Shown piece by piece: positions 13,587 to 26,153 of a DNA stretch of 64,000 nucleotides. The notes beneath the pieces are model-generated. The model was not told where the DNA came from and searched no databases. It saw only the letters and a list, made by a program, of their open reading frames with translations. Each line of letters begins with the position of its first letter. Position 1 is the first letter of the stretch. The position numbers and the translations under genes are program-made. Source of the DNA: Octopus bimaculoides (lineage: Eukaryota); NCBI RefSeq assembly GCF_001194135.2, contig NC_068984.1:132313248-132377247 (forward strand). Direction: 5' to 3'.

Positions 13587-14461
13587 CATGATTGATTAAA
13601 CTATTGAATGTTGTTGTACATCACTAGTCACAATGCATTTTGCAGTGTTTTAGCTTTAGCTAGGCAAGTAAGCCAACAGTAATCCTGATGAGAAGGTTAA
13701 TCCATTGTAGGGTTACCCATTTACAGCTGAGTGGGCTGAAGCAATGTGAAATGAAGTATTTTGCTCAAGAACACAACATACCACTCAGTCTGGAGATCTA
13801 ACTCATGACCTAGCAATCATGACTAACACCATAACCACTAGGCCCTAGTGGTTATGTGCATTTGTATATATATATATACACATATATGTATATTGTTTCT
13901 ACTTCTGTCTCTCTGTCACACTCTAATCTTTCTTCATTAGACACAAGATCATCTCCTCTAATGTCTCCTCCCCTCTCAAAATTCCTTGTCTTGCAAGTTA
14001 CTTGGTGACCCTGCAGGTGCTCGTGCCATGTGAAAAGCATCCAGTCCATACTGTGAAGTGGTTGGCATTTTGAATTGTATCCAGCTGTAAAACCATGGCA
14101 AAAAGAGACACAGTAGCCTGGTGTTGTCTTCTGCCTGGTTGGCTCCTGTCGAACCATCCAACTTATGTCAGCCTTGAAGATGGATATTAAATGATGATGA
14201 TGATGATGATGATATGTAGTGTGTGCATGCATGAAAGTTTTCATTTCTGTTTTGCATTTGAAATCATCTGAGTAATAAAACAATGCTATCATTCCTCATG
14301 AATGTTATGTCCCATAGCTCTGTGCTCTCAAAGTTGTGGAATAAAAATTCTTTTACTTAATAGACTGTCATGAATAGCCTTTGGTTGTAAAAATACTGCT
14401 GCAAATAAGTATCTATCCAACCCATGCCATCAGAGAAAAACAGGTGTAAAATGAAGATAAA

Positions 14462-14496
<35 letters not shown>

Positions 14497-15126
14497 CTAG
14501 ATGTGTTTATGTTTGAAGAAGTGACTGGTTATTGTGATTATGCATGTGTACCTGTTACAATTCTGTCCCTGTATTGTTAGAACTAACTGCGGCATACAGA
14601 GCTACTACTTTTTCATATAGTCGCCTTGAAAGCATGGATATTGTCTGTGGTATTGTGGATCTTGACATCAAAGTGTATTGATCCATATATAGGTATTGAG
14701 CAGGTTGTGGTAGAGTAAGAAAGCTTTTTTTTGTGCAAGCTTCTATGCAGTGTTCTCTTTCTGTACAGAAGTCAGTTTTAGTTTATCAGGATATTTGATT
14801 GTGAAAGATCATCAGATTAGTTGTAATGAATTTCTATGAGATGCATTGTGATAAATACTGAAATGTTTACAGGCATTTCTGTTGTATAAGGTAGCAGAAA
14901 AGTTGTTTGAATGGATTTACAATGGTTGGCTGTCTACTGGAGAGCAACTTTTTCTTTCTACTCAAACACTGGAGGGTTAAGAAAACAACTATGACTTTCC
15001 AAATTCCACTAAATATGTTTATCTCTCTCTTTTCAAGCTCCACACAGGCCCCAAATAATCTTATTGCCAAGATAATGCAAAACATCAGTATATATTTTTT
15101 AAGGTCTGTTTTAAATACCAGCTTAA

Positions 15127-15347
15127 CCCTTTAGTGTTCACATTAGTCTGCCATAATTAATGCTTTTTTATCCACATTGCTTTGACCGAATCATGCATTA
15201 TCTTGTAGCTATGAGATTTTCATGAAGTAGCTGTTAATTTTTAAAGCAATATTGTAGGGTTGGTGTGAGAGACCAGATCTGGCCAGTTTGAACGTAGAAT
15301 AGGCAGAATACTTTTGGCCGGATATGGCCGGTTTAAATGCTAAAGGG
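15127..15347 (+). mobile_element. TTAA-specific MITE, family E
   Basis: TTAA|CCCTTTAG ... AATGCTAAAGGG|TTAA. Degenerate copies near 5906-6090, 13088-13307, 15990-16160 and 27771-27990. Confidence 0.8.
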
Positions 15348-15429
15348 TTAATATATATCAATAAATATAAAGTTACTGTATTTTATATATATATGTATGT
15401 ACATGCATGTATATATATGTATATATATG

Positions 15430-15630
15430 TCCTTCCACAATGTAACCTCGTGGATATCGGTGGCAATTTTTTCCTACCTCCATTTTTCCCTTCTTTGGAC
15501 TTTCTTTGTTTCCGATGAAGAGCTCCGTTCGAAACGTCAAATTCTCTTTCTTTCCGTTCCCGAGCATCTAGTGACACAGTCTATATCACGTCCTCACGTT
15601 GTTGTTTTTTTGTCTTTTTCCTTTTTTGAA
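15430..15630 (+). mobile_element. Probable Penelope terminal-repeat fragment carrying a second minimal hammerhead motif (15509-15541)
   Basis: TTT-CCGATGA-A-GAGC-TCC-GTTC-GAAAC-GTC-AAA in a CpG-retaining, pyrimidine-rich island between (TA)n tracts. Confidence 0.55.
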
Positions 15631-15636
15631 CCTATG

Positions 15637-15667
<31 letters not shown>

Positions 15668-15686
15668 GTGTATATATATCCAGGAG

Positions 15687-15877
15687 TGCGGGTGGCACGT
15701 AAAAGCACCCACTACATTCAGTGTGGTTGGCATTAGGAAGGGCATCCAGCTGTAGAAACTCTGCCAAATCAGATTGGAGCCTGGTGTAGCCATCTGGTTT
15801 CACCAGTCCTCAGTCAAATCGTCCAACCCATGCTAGCATGGAAAGCGGACGTTAAACGATGATGATGATGACGATGA
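15687..15877 (+). mobile_element. RTE-type 3' end, near-identical family to 12255
   Basis: Same motifs and (GAT)n tail. Older relatives near 5320-5560(-), 14000-14212(+), 31310-31510(+), 33640-33790(+), 36170-36360(-), 41900-42120(-), 48780-48995(+) and 63510-63730(+). Confidence 0.8.
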
Positions 15878-16931
15878 AGTCACTCTAGTTTATATTTAAT
15901 ATTTAACTGAAAAAACTAGATTTAACTATAAATTAGAGGTGTGACTTATCCATGAATAAATATGGTAGTTATTATAAATAAACTACTTGCAGAATGCTTA
16001 TCTATTCACATTGTTTTTAATTAATCATAAACCATTTTGTAACCTCAAGATTTTGATGATGTGATTGTTTATTTTTAGAATGACATTGTACAACCAGTTT
16101 GACCATAAAGCAGGTAGAATATTTTGACCAGATATGGTTGGTTTAAATGCTAAAGGATTAAACCAAATGTATCCTTGTTTGAAATATATATTCACAAAAT
16201 AGTTAATGCTTCTCACCCACTATTCCAGGTTATCTTCTTTCTTGGCACATTACTTTCTACCTTTCTTTGTTTCAACTCTTCATTTTTCAAAGCAGCTGGC
16301 TGTGAATCCAGCTAATCTGAGTTGTAAGAATATTCTATAGACATTTCAATGTGAAGTAATCTATGCAGAAGTGAGAAGAGAAAATAACTTTAAATGGTCA
16401 TCAAAGATTTAAATATGTTCATTGTGTTTTTAAAGCTCATAAAAGTCTGTGAATTTCTGTACTGTGAGGAGAGGCGAATGTTTTGCCAGAGCCATTAGTA
16501 AGAGAAGTGTTTTGGAAGGTTGCAAAATTTTCATTACCACTTTTTTCCTCGGGTTCTTGTTGCTGTTGTTTTACTCCAGGTCAATTCTAATCTCCAAGAC
16601 TTATGATCAAAAGTATTCTAACCACAAACAACCCATCTTATTTTCATGCCTTTATTTTTAATATATCTAGGATTACATCATCTGTATGCTACTTTAAGAT
16701 AGTAAGCTGGTTTGGCTACTGTTTCTAGTTTGAGCAACTGTGTAGAGTTTGGTTTCTCTAAATACTAGCACTTTGGTTTTTTTTTTTTTTTATTCTGCAG
16801 TGTCCAATATATAGAGAAATTTTTCATTGAGTCTATTAATAGAGCATATTTTAGGGGCCTAAAACATAAGTTCTTTTTAAGGAAACCTGTTAAAAAGAAA
16901 ATCTATTTGTTAAGTCTTAGGATTTAATTAC

Positions 16932-17459
16932 AACCTGTACCAGTGTGGCATGGAAATAGCACTTCGAGCAAGATCGTTCGTCACCATCCTGGCACTTGTG
17001 CCAGTGACACGTGAAAAGACATTCGAGCAAGATCGTTGCCAGAGCCGATAGGCTGGCCCCTATGCAGATGACACGTAAAATACACCATTCCAAGCATGGC
17101 CATTGACCGTTACCAACGTCGCCTCCCTGGCACTTATGCCAGTGGCACGTGAAAAGACATTCGAGTGAGATTGTTGCCAGTGCCGATGAGCTGGCTCCTG
17201 TGCAGGTGTCACGTAAAACACACCATTTCGAGCGTGGCCGCCACCAGTTCCGCCTGACTGGCCCTTGTGCTGGTGGCACGTAAAACACCCACTACACTCT
17301 CGGAGTGGTTGGCGTTAGGAAGGGCATCCAGCTGTAGAAACACTGCCAAATCAGATTGGAGCATGGTGTCGCCTCCTGGTCCACCAGTCCTCAGTCAAAT
17401 CGTCCAACCCATGCTAGCATGGAAAGTGGACGTTAAACGATGATGATGATGAGATGATG
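16932..17459 (+). mobile_element. Longer RTE-type 3' end with an internal array of 64-74-bp subrepeats
   Basis: CACGT(G/A)AAA at 17008, 17072, 17146, 17210 and 17277; a 138-bp higher-order duplication; (GAT)n tail. Confidence 0.8.
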
Positions 17460-19063
17460 CATGGGGTTTTGAGAAGTGCATCATACAGAGAGCATGGGTG
17501 TTTGGGTTGATAAAGTATCAAAACAGATAATTGAAGGAATAATGGATACGTTTTCTCACCAGTACTTCTGTGTGTCCATAGCCAAGGCACTTATATCTAA
17601 GGAATCAGTCCACCTATAAATGTTAGTAAATACTGTACAACAGGAAGAACTCATTGTTGCAAGCAGTGTTAGTAGTAGTAAAGTTGATAAATGTTAGCTG
17701 TACTGAGTAAAACTTCTACATTGGCAGCTGAATCACTGTGATCTTATCTATAACTCAAGATATGATCACCCATTGGTAGATACTTCCGTTCATGTGAAAG
17801 TTAATTGGTTGAATCATCTAAGAACAGATGTAAGGATCAGCTAAGGAAGGAAGATATATGAGAGAGAGAGAGACACTTGATAGGTCAATGGTCCTCGTGG
17901 TTTAATTCTTCCTTATCCTCACTGTTATAAGCTGTTTAAAGTATTATATTGAAGATTAATGTTCTAAGATTTAAATTGTGCTTCATGGCATCTTTGAGCT
18001 GGCATTGTTTGAAGTAGAAATGGAGAGGTCAGTTGAGGGTGGGAGGTAGATGATAAATTAGGTTAAGAAAAAAATTCTCTTGTAAATGATTTATTTCAAG
18101 AATACGTCTTTTGTTTTCTTTTGTTGCTATGTTTTTTAACCTCAATTGAATTGTAAATGGGGCTGAGTTTCAGAAGCTTTGGATATTTTGAAATTTTAGA
18201 TGACTCATTAGAGCAAATATATTTTAGAGCTTAGAATGTGTTTTAAGACTGGCTATTCAACTTTCATGTTTAAATTTCTAAAATGAGTTGTTGCGATAGT
18301 AATTACAATTTTCCAGCCTGTTAACTTCATTTTTCTGAAAAGAAGGTCAATGCTTGTAACTTTTGTAGTTTTGTTGGTTACTCTTAGAAATTGGGACAAT
18401 TTCCATTGATTTTTTTTTTTATATTGGCTCAAAGAGGAGGGGTATAGTCAATTGCATCATCTCAGTTTATCAGGAGATTCCTGGCCCTCTTATCTAATAC
18501 TCAAATAACCGGAACTTTCAAGCTACCAGCATTCAGAAAAAAAAAAGTAGAAAAGAAAATGTGTTAATTTGTGCTAATTTGTGTTCATTAATTAGTTGTC
18601 ATTAATAGGTTTCTACTGTGTCTAAAATGGATTGTTGCTTCTCAAAGTACAGTACAATATATTCTTTTACTGCATTTACAATACCTATTAATAATTAAAC
18701 TTATTCCACACTTAAATAATATTTTTATTTCTTCCTATTTCTCTCATTTCTACTATATTTAGAATATTAATGATAATACTGATGAATATATAGAATTTTA
18801 ATGACTTTTGTAAGGTGCAATGGTCATTTAAAAAGTGGTCAGAGATGGGGAAAATTCAGTTATCCAGCATCCCTTTGGGGCCAGTGTTGACGGATAGGAG
18901 GTGATTCAGGTATATTATATACCTTGTTTACATTAATATACTTAGTATGTAGATATTAAATCCAAAATAACTTTGATGTAAAATATTTCACATTAGTTTT
19001 AATTTAAAACTCTATTTAAAATCAGTTGATTAATTTGTTTAATTATCAACATAGTAAATGTAA

Positions 19064-20534
19064 GTTTAGTAAGACAAGTTCACTATGCCATACAAAGAAC
19101 TGCTTTTGAAGCCCTGTCTGTATGTAGCCTTAGAAATACATTTTTATCATTGCTATTGTTTGTATGGTGTACAGATCTGTGTAAAACTGCAGCAGCATTT
19201 AGTGAAAAAGATCTGTTGAAGTGGAGGAGTGAAAGTAATCCAGTAGCGTTGTGGTGGGTGTACAGTAATGCTTGTAGTCAGTCATTTCAACATTTTCATG
19301 CTTCAAGTGAATGTAAGAATATGCATTGAAGCAGCAACATATGTGTAAGTGACAGAAATATATATGTATATATATTGTCTTTGAAAGTGTATGTGCATAC
19401 GTATGTGAGAGATGTGTGCTCAAATAAAAATGGTTTTCGGATGTCAAAGTGACACAAGATAAAACAGAGACAAGTGGTGATTGTTAAAATCAGTAAATCC
19501 CTCCCTTCCTGTCTCACTACCTGATTTAGTTTGGTGCACTGATTCTGTTGTTGATCTAGTAACATATTTACAACACATAACTCTCACCTTTCACACACAT
19601 ACTTTTTTTTTGCATACATACACCATTCTCTCTCGCTTACTCTCCCTTGCATACACACATGCACAGATAAAATGTAATGAAATGTAAGCATATATTAAAC
19701 AAGTCGAAAGAAAATAAATAAATGTTCATATTTCAGGCATTGCTTTCCTTCTCTATTTTGCTCTTCCATTGGCAACTTGATGTTTCAATGTTTTGCATTC
19801 ACATCTCGCCGACACTAACTTTTTCAATTGCGCTTTTTCGAGTGACAGGTAAAGTCAGTGTTGATTAGATTTGAGGTTGAAATATTTAGTATCAGTAATG
19901 TATTGTGGACAATCAATCAACTGTATTCCATCCCAACAAAAACCATAACCTTAAATCAATGTAAGCAACAACTGTTGCTGTTGGATGAACCTTGTCAATC
20001 AATGTTCTCAGGAAATATATCGGTTACAAAATAAACCAATCAGGTTGCAGGGGTGATTATCTTCACTAAAATCTCCTTTACAAATTTGTGGCTTATCTAT
20101 AAAAATCCACCCCCTAAACACCACAATTATTGTCAAAGACAAGGCAGTGAAATGGAACAAATGGGGAAGTGCCATACAAAACCTCACAGTATTATATATT
20201 TATCCAATCAGGGTTAACTTTGCCCTTTGTTTCTCTGGGATCTCTTCTTATCATCCTTGTACTGTTACAGAAAAAAAAAAAATGATTGTTATTTACAAAG
20301 GCCTGTGTATTTATCATAGACTTAAACCATCACCTGGTTTAGTCTCACCACCACCTGTCCTATTTATTGAATGAATGTTTAGTAAGACAAGTTTGCTGTG
20401 ACATACAAAGAACTGCTTTTGAAGCCCTGTCTGTATGTAGCCTTAGAAATACATTTTTATCATTGCTATTGTTTGTATGGTGTATAGATCTGTGTAAAAC
20501 TGCAGCACCATTTAGTGAAAAAGATATGTTGAAG
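19064..20534 (+). repeat. 158-bp direct duplication 1313 bp apart
   Basis: 19064-19221 versus 20377-20534: 7 substitutions, no indels. Confidence 0.9.
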
Positions 20535-21652
20535 GTATTTAACAGAGAACACTATGCGGCAAGCATTTAAGCTTACTCTGGTCTGAGCTTACCTTCATCT
20601 TCTGACTAAGTCTTATGAAAAGATAAAGATTGGAACCATACAATGGTTTGATAACTTAGTTGCAAGTTGAGTTTGTTAGTGTTGACATCATTTTAATTTT
20701 ACTCCCTTTACAGTCAAGATGCAAATGGCATTTAAAGTATGCTTATCTAGGATTTAATAGAGACGAGTGGAGAGAGATTGTGTGTGTGTGTGTGTGTGTG
20801 TGTGTNNNNNNNNNNNNNNNNNNNNNNNNNNNNNNNNNNNNNNNNNNNNNNNNNNNNNNNNNNNNNNNNNNNNNNNNNNNNNNNNNNNNNNNNNNNNNNN
20901 NNNNNNNNNNNNNNNNNNNNNNNNNNNNNNNNNNNNNNNNAGGGTACCAGTTTGTCACAGGTTACCTGTTCCTACAGCTAAATGAAGTGAGACAATGTGG
21001 AACAAAGTGTTTAGATTCACATTGAAATGCCTATTGTGGATTTGAACTAAAAAAAAAAAAAGCATTTGGAACTGATACTTCATTACCATATTTGCTTGGC
21101 CATTTTGCTTTTGCAAAGTATGTATCTGTAATACATTTGAGTTTTACAGGCCATCACCTGAAATACTAGCTTTTTCACCTTCTTAAAGAAATAATTATAA
21201 TTAATTTTTATATGTTAATCTGTTGAGAGGGTCAACTTGAGTATTTGGGTTGAACTGAAACCCTGATAATAATGTTTACAATAGGCACTCAAGAAACAGG
21301 AGGCATAAATACTAATCAAGGACTAACACTTCATTAGTACTTATTGCATCAGTCTTGGAAATACAGAACATAAATGAACCTAGCTAAATACAAAGCATTT
21401 CATCAAGCATTCTACCAAATCTGCCTTTAATACTACCCTTTTAATAATGATAATTGGATGGTACAGTGGAAAGTCCTAGAAAAATGAAGTCTGTAGTCTC
21501 AATGGAAGCAGTGTTTTTTTTATTTATTATTACTGCCTTAGGAAAAGCATCCTTGTTTAAACTTTGTTTTATTTTGTCCTCTTATAATTATTTTTTCAGG
21601 CTGTAAGTGTAAATTGTTAGGACTCATATTTTTAGCTTCCGCTATTTACTGA

Positions 21653-21687
<35 letters not shown>

Positions 21688-22984
21688 AAGAGAGTAATAT
21701 GTGTTGCTGTGTTGTGAGGTGGTGGTGTTTCCCTGTAGCAGCATGTGCTTTTGGTGCCAAAAACAGACTTGCTGGTGCTGATTTAGTTTCTCCCTAATTC
21801 TTTTATATGTTGTTGCTGTTTGTTTCTTTGATAATAGGTAGGTATGGTTGTGAGAGATGCTAGGTGGGTGTGTGTGAAGTGCCAAAGATGGCAGTAGGCA
21901 GGTTTACAGGTTGCCAGGCTGGTGTTAATGGTAATTTGGTCTGTGGGAGGAGAAAGAGAGAGAGTGAGAATGATGCAATTAGCTCACAGAGGTGGCAAGA
22001 TGCATGTGAATGTAGAACTAATTTGAAGGAAAGCAAGCATCAAATGATCTTACTCCATCCCATCTCCATGTACACACTATGTGTCTACATTTGCTGTTTT
22101 TCCTGTAAAACCAATTTCCTGAAACTTCTACTCACAAAACACTCTTAGAACATCCATAGTATTATTAGAGGGAACATTAAATGGGATACATTACCATAGA
22201 CGCAATAATTGGAAGTAAAAACATTTGTCAGCAGCTGAGGATATTTCATACTTCTCATATACATGTCTGTATGTAGTAAATGATTTCTAACATAAATAAT
22301 ATTCATTATAATATGAGGAAAATTACAGAACATTATAATGCATTAGCAGTATCTAAAACCTAAAAGAAATTGAATAAGAGGAATTCATGATTCAGTTGTA
22401 AGACCTACAAGCTCCCTTTTTGAACTTAGTCTCCGTTTTTGGAAGAGGACTAGAAATATATTGAATTAAATAATCGCATATACATATAGGTATTTTCCAT
22501 AAACATTCTTGGGTATGTGTGTGTGTGTGAGAATATATTGTCTGTTAAGCTATGTTATCTGTAACATACACACAATGCTTACGTTTTCATTTCATACTTA
22601 TATATGTATCTGTGGGTGTAAAAAGAATTTGTATAAAGGCATGTGTATTTCTATTTTGTGTTTATGAGTGCACACACACGTGTGTCTGCATACTTTCTTT
22701 CTCACTACATACATACATACATGCACACAGACACAATGTGTATAAACCTACATACGCTGATAGAGTTACCATTCCCATTGCACTGTTAATTTGATATTCC
22801 TTAGAACTAATTCATTATTTGATAATTGTAATTCTTCAGTGGCAGTAAAGTTGTTCTTCCACCCCCAGGCTAATGTATGTGAGTGTTGCCACAAAGTTAT
22901 GGTATCTTCTAAGTTTCTGGCTTCGTCGGATGAGTCATAGAGTTGATGAGGAATTTGACTACTAGTTTTACTTGTATGAATGTA

Positions 22985-23054
<70 letters not shown>

Positions 23055-23657
23055 AAGAAGATATATGCAAGTATACACACTCATATATGTACATACTTAC
23101 ATCTACATGTGTATATAGATGCATATCAGGGTACAGGACGTTAGAACAATGAACTGCAGACCACGGAACGAACACATAGGAAAACAGATAGCCACTTGGA
23201 ATTAATCCTTCGTCAGCTGCCTCTATTCTAACTAGACATTTCAAAGATAATATATACATTTGTATGTGCGTATATGCATGCATGACCAAATGGTTTAAAA
23301 GCTTGCTTCACAGTCAGGAGTTTCTGATTCAATCTCAATGCCTGGCATTTTGAGCAAATGTCTTTTATCATAGCTTCTTGTCGTTCTCAATGCTGCAGGT
23401 GTAATTCAACAGATGGAAACTGGAAGCCCATCAAATGCACTGCACCTGTAATTCAAAGGGTCGACATTTTCAAAGGCTGTCCCTCAGGAGTGCATTAAGG
23501 ATATATATCTATGGACATGTGAATTTTTTTCTTTGTTATATCCTAGTCAAGTGGGAGGGCAGTGTCTATTACTCTTTCCTGAGCCTCTGAAACTGAGGTG
23601 AGAGAGGGTGGGTGTATCCTGAAACCAGAGATATAGTTCAAATAATGGTTTACATAC

Positions 23658-23697
<40 letters not shown>

Positions 23698-23860
23698 TAT
23701 ATGCAATGACCATTTAGTTTCCATTTGCCAAATCCACTCACAAGGCTTTGGTTGCTTGATTCTATAGTACAAGACACTTGCTTAAAGTAACATGTGTTTA
23801 TGCATAAGCATGGATTTATGTATGTGTATAATATTGTGTGTATATGTTTGTGTTCATATA

Positions 23861-24773
23861 TTCGTCCAGTTGAGTTTGATGATAAGCTCCTTGAGGCATT
23901 ACTTGAAGAAAATCCTGCATTATCAGTTGAAGAATTGGCAATAAAGCTTAGTTCAAACCATACAACTGTTCATCGACATCTTCAACAACCTGGAAAGGTT
24001 CCTAAACTTGGAAAATGGATGCGTCATGAATTGTCCGAAAGCAGCCACAAATCCAGAGTTGACATCTGTTCTTCTCTCCATTCTCGCAAACTCATTTCCC
24101 CCTTTTTGGATAGACTTGTGACTGGTGATGAAAAATGGATCTTCTATTGAAATGTTAAACATCGTAAACAGTGGTTTGGTAAAAGGGAAAAAGCTCAACC
24201 ACAACCGAGACGGGATCTTCATGGGAAAAAGGTTCTTCTCTCTATCTGGTGGGATTGCAAAGGAGTAATTCACATTGAATTGTTACCACCTAATGCAACA
24301 ATTAATGCTCAAGTCTACTGTCAGCAATTAGAGTGTTTGAATCAAACTTTGAAGAAAAAAGACCTGCTTTAGTGAATCGAAAAGGTGTGGTGTTTCATCA
24401 GAACAATGCATGACTCCGCACTGCAAAGATCACATCACAGAAGATCGAAGAGCTTGGTTGGGAAAAAATTCCTCATCCACCTTATTCTCCCGACCTTGCT
24501 CCTTCAGACTACCATTTGTTTCATAGTTTACAGACTCATTTGGGGGATATAACTTTTGCAAGCCAGGAGGAGGTCGAAACTGACATTTCAGAGTTCTTCG
24601 CTTTGAAACCAAAAGAGTTTTACGTTGATGGGATTAAAAAGCTTGCAAATAGATGGAAGGAAGTCATAGATAATCAGGGAAAGTACATTGGTGATTAAAT
24701 TTCAATTAAACATAACATTTGATTACTTGTTTTCCTTATTCAAAATTCGGACAGAACTTATGGGATGACCTGA
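23861..24773 (+). mobile_element. 5'-truncated, inactivated mariner (DD34D) transposon
   Basis: Transposase motifs RPVEFDD, GKWMRHEL (WVPHEL-like), VTGDEKW, FHQNNA (catalytic D>N) and YSPDLAPSDY. Stops at 24148-50 and ~24421, and a 1-nt deletion in the A-run at ~24360. The 3' TIR-like end AAATTCGGACAGAACTTATGGGATGACCTGA is followed by TA (24774-75). No 5' TIR seen. Confidence 0.92.
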
Positions 24774-25976
24774 TACTTAGAACCTGAAGATTGTTTGGAG
24801 GCACAAGGCAAGTTATAAAAACCTGCCTATCCACATGTTTTGATAGTAAGAAACTATTAGTAGTTCTTATTTTAATACAGTGTACATGAAATTATATATA
24901 TATTACATATGTATGTATATATACTTTTGTTTATTCATGTGTGTATATACATGATGTGTATGCACACACACACATACATGAAAGAAACTATATTCTCTCA
25001 GCATATGCAGACAATCATTCATTAATACACACATATACAAGCAAAGGAAATATCTGTTACACACATATTTATGAATGTACATAAACAAATACTTGCTTAT
25101 TTGCAAGCACATACACAGATAAACACTCACACATACACAGACCTACTGTGTAAATGGGAACTTTGTATAAAGTCTAAGGAATGTTGGTTTGGAATTTTAT
25201 ACTTCTGGGATTCTTAGCTTTGTACAGATGAGAAGCATTTGATAGAAGGTCTTTTAGTTGTAACCAGTGAGAAGTTCATTACTGTGGGTGATTGAGTCTC
25301 GATGAGGAAAATTCATTGATGTGGGTGAGTATAGCTTGTTGAGAAGAGTCCATAGATTTGTTGTGTGTATAGCTTGTAGGGAAGAGTTCATTGTTTTGGG
25401 TGAGTATGGCTTGTAGCGGAGATTTCATTGATTCTAGTGAGTATATCTTCTTAAGGATGTAATTCTGGATGACTCTAGCTCATTTATGAAAGAAAGTATT
25501 ATAAACTGTACCTACATTATTAGGAAAAGTTTCCGTTTTCGATTAAGCCAATAAATTGATTTAATTACTGTTTATTGCTGGTACTTATGTGATAGATGCT
25601 GATTTGAATTGAAACCAGACACATAGAAAAAAAATTTACAAGTATCATGAAATGAGGTTTTTTTTTCAGTAGCCTACAATTTGCTGGCATTGCTGAGAGA
25701 TCAGTGTTCAGATGTTAGCACCATACTGAATACCAAATAAAATCTTTTATTTTCAAAGAACTTCTCATCTTGCTCTCTGAAAGATCTCAAGGATATAGTT
25801 TGCTGCTCTAAATGCTGAGAACATTATATAGCTGATATTGTCCATTTTATTCATTTATTTAAAAAATTTTATGGCAGTGGTTTTCAACCTGAGTCTAAAT
25901 GGCCCTTGGTGGGGACATATAAGGTTTTATATATTATTTACATTGGACGGATATTTGTCCTCTTGTTTGTTGTTAC

Positions 25977-26018
25977 CACAACTTTTCAGCTGATTTTCTC
26001 TCCAGCCTTCATCAGGTG
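25977..26018 (-). ncRNA. Minimal type I hammerhead ribozyme motif (degenerate copy)
   Basis: Minus strand reads CAC-CTGATGA-A-GGCTG-N10-CAGCT-GAAA-A-GT-T-GTG: stem I CAC/GTG, catalytic core, 5-bp stem II ending in G.U, GAAA. The palindromic AC/GT stem III has C>A in this copy. Confidence 0.7.
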
Positions 26019-26091
26019 TCCTGGCAAAATTTTGAACCCAACCCTGGGTTATTGTTGTTAATATTCTCTATTCAAAACACTGCCTGAAATT

Positions 26092-26153
26092 TAGAATTGA
26101 ACTTGCAATCTTGGGGTTAGTAGCCCGCACTCTTAACCATTACACTATATGCC
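26092..26153 (-). promoter_or_regulatory. tRNA-derived internal Pol III promoter-like cassette inside the Penelope-like fragment
   Basis: A-box-like TAGTGTAATGG (26147-26137), D-loop-like GGTTAAG, anticodon-loop-like GGG-CTACTAA-CCC, and B box GTTCAATTC (26102-26094). Confidence 0.6.

Noticed and set aside
16945-17290. Regularly spaced repeats resembling a CRISPR array
   Set aside because: Eukaryotic context, the 'spacers' are homologous to each other, no cas genes are present, and the array is part of an RTE-type 3' region.
18470-18925. Tigger/pogo-like MITE remnant
   Set aside because: One end resembles such termini, but I could not find a matching second TIR.
23185-23220. Third hammerhead-like motif on the minus strand (CTGACGA-A-GGA-TTAAT-TCC)
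   Set aside because: The core 5' half and stem II are present, but GAAA and convincing stems I and III are missing; at most a dead relic.
26092-26153. A functional tRNA gene (likewise the SINE heads)
   Set aside because: The acceptor stem and full cloverleaf cannot be formed and there is no T-run terminator; these are tRNA-derived segments of mobile elements.
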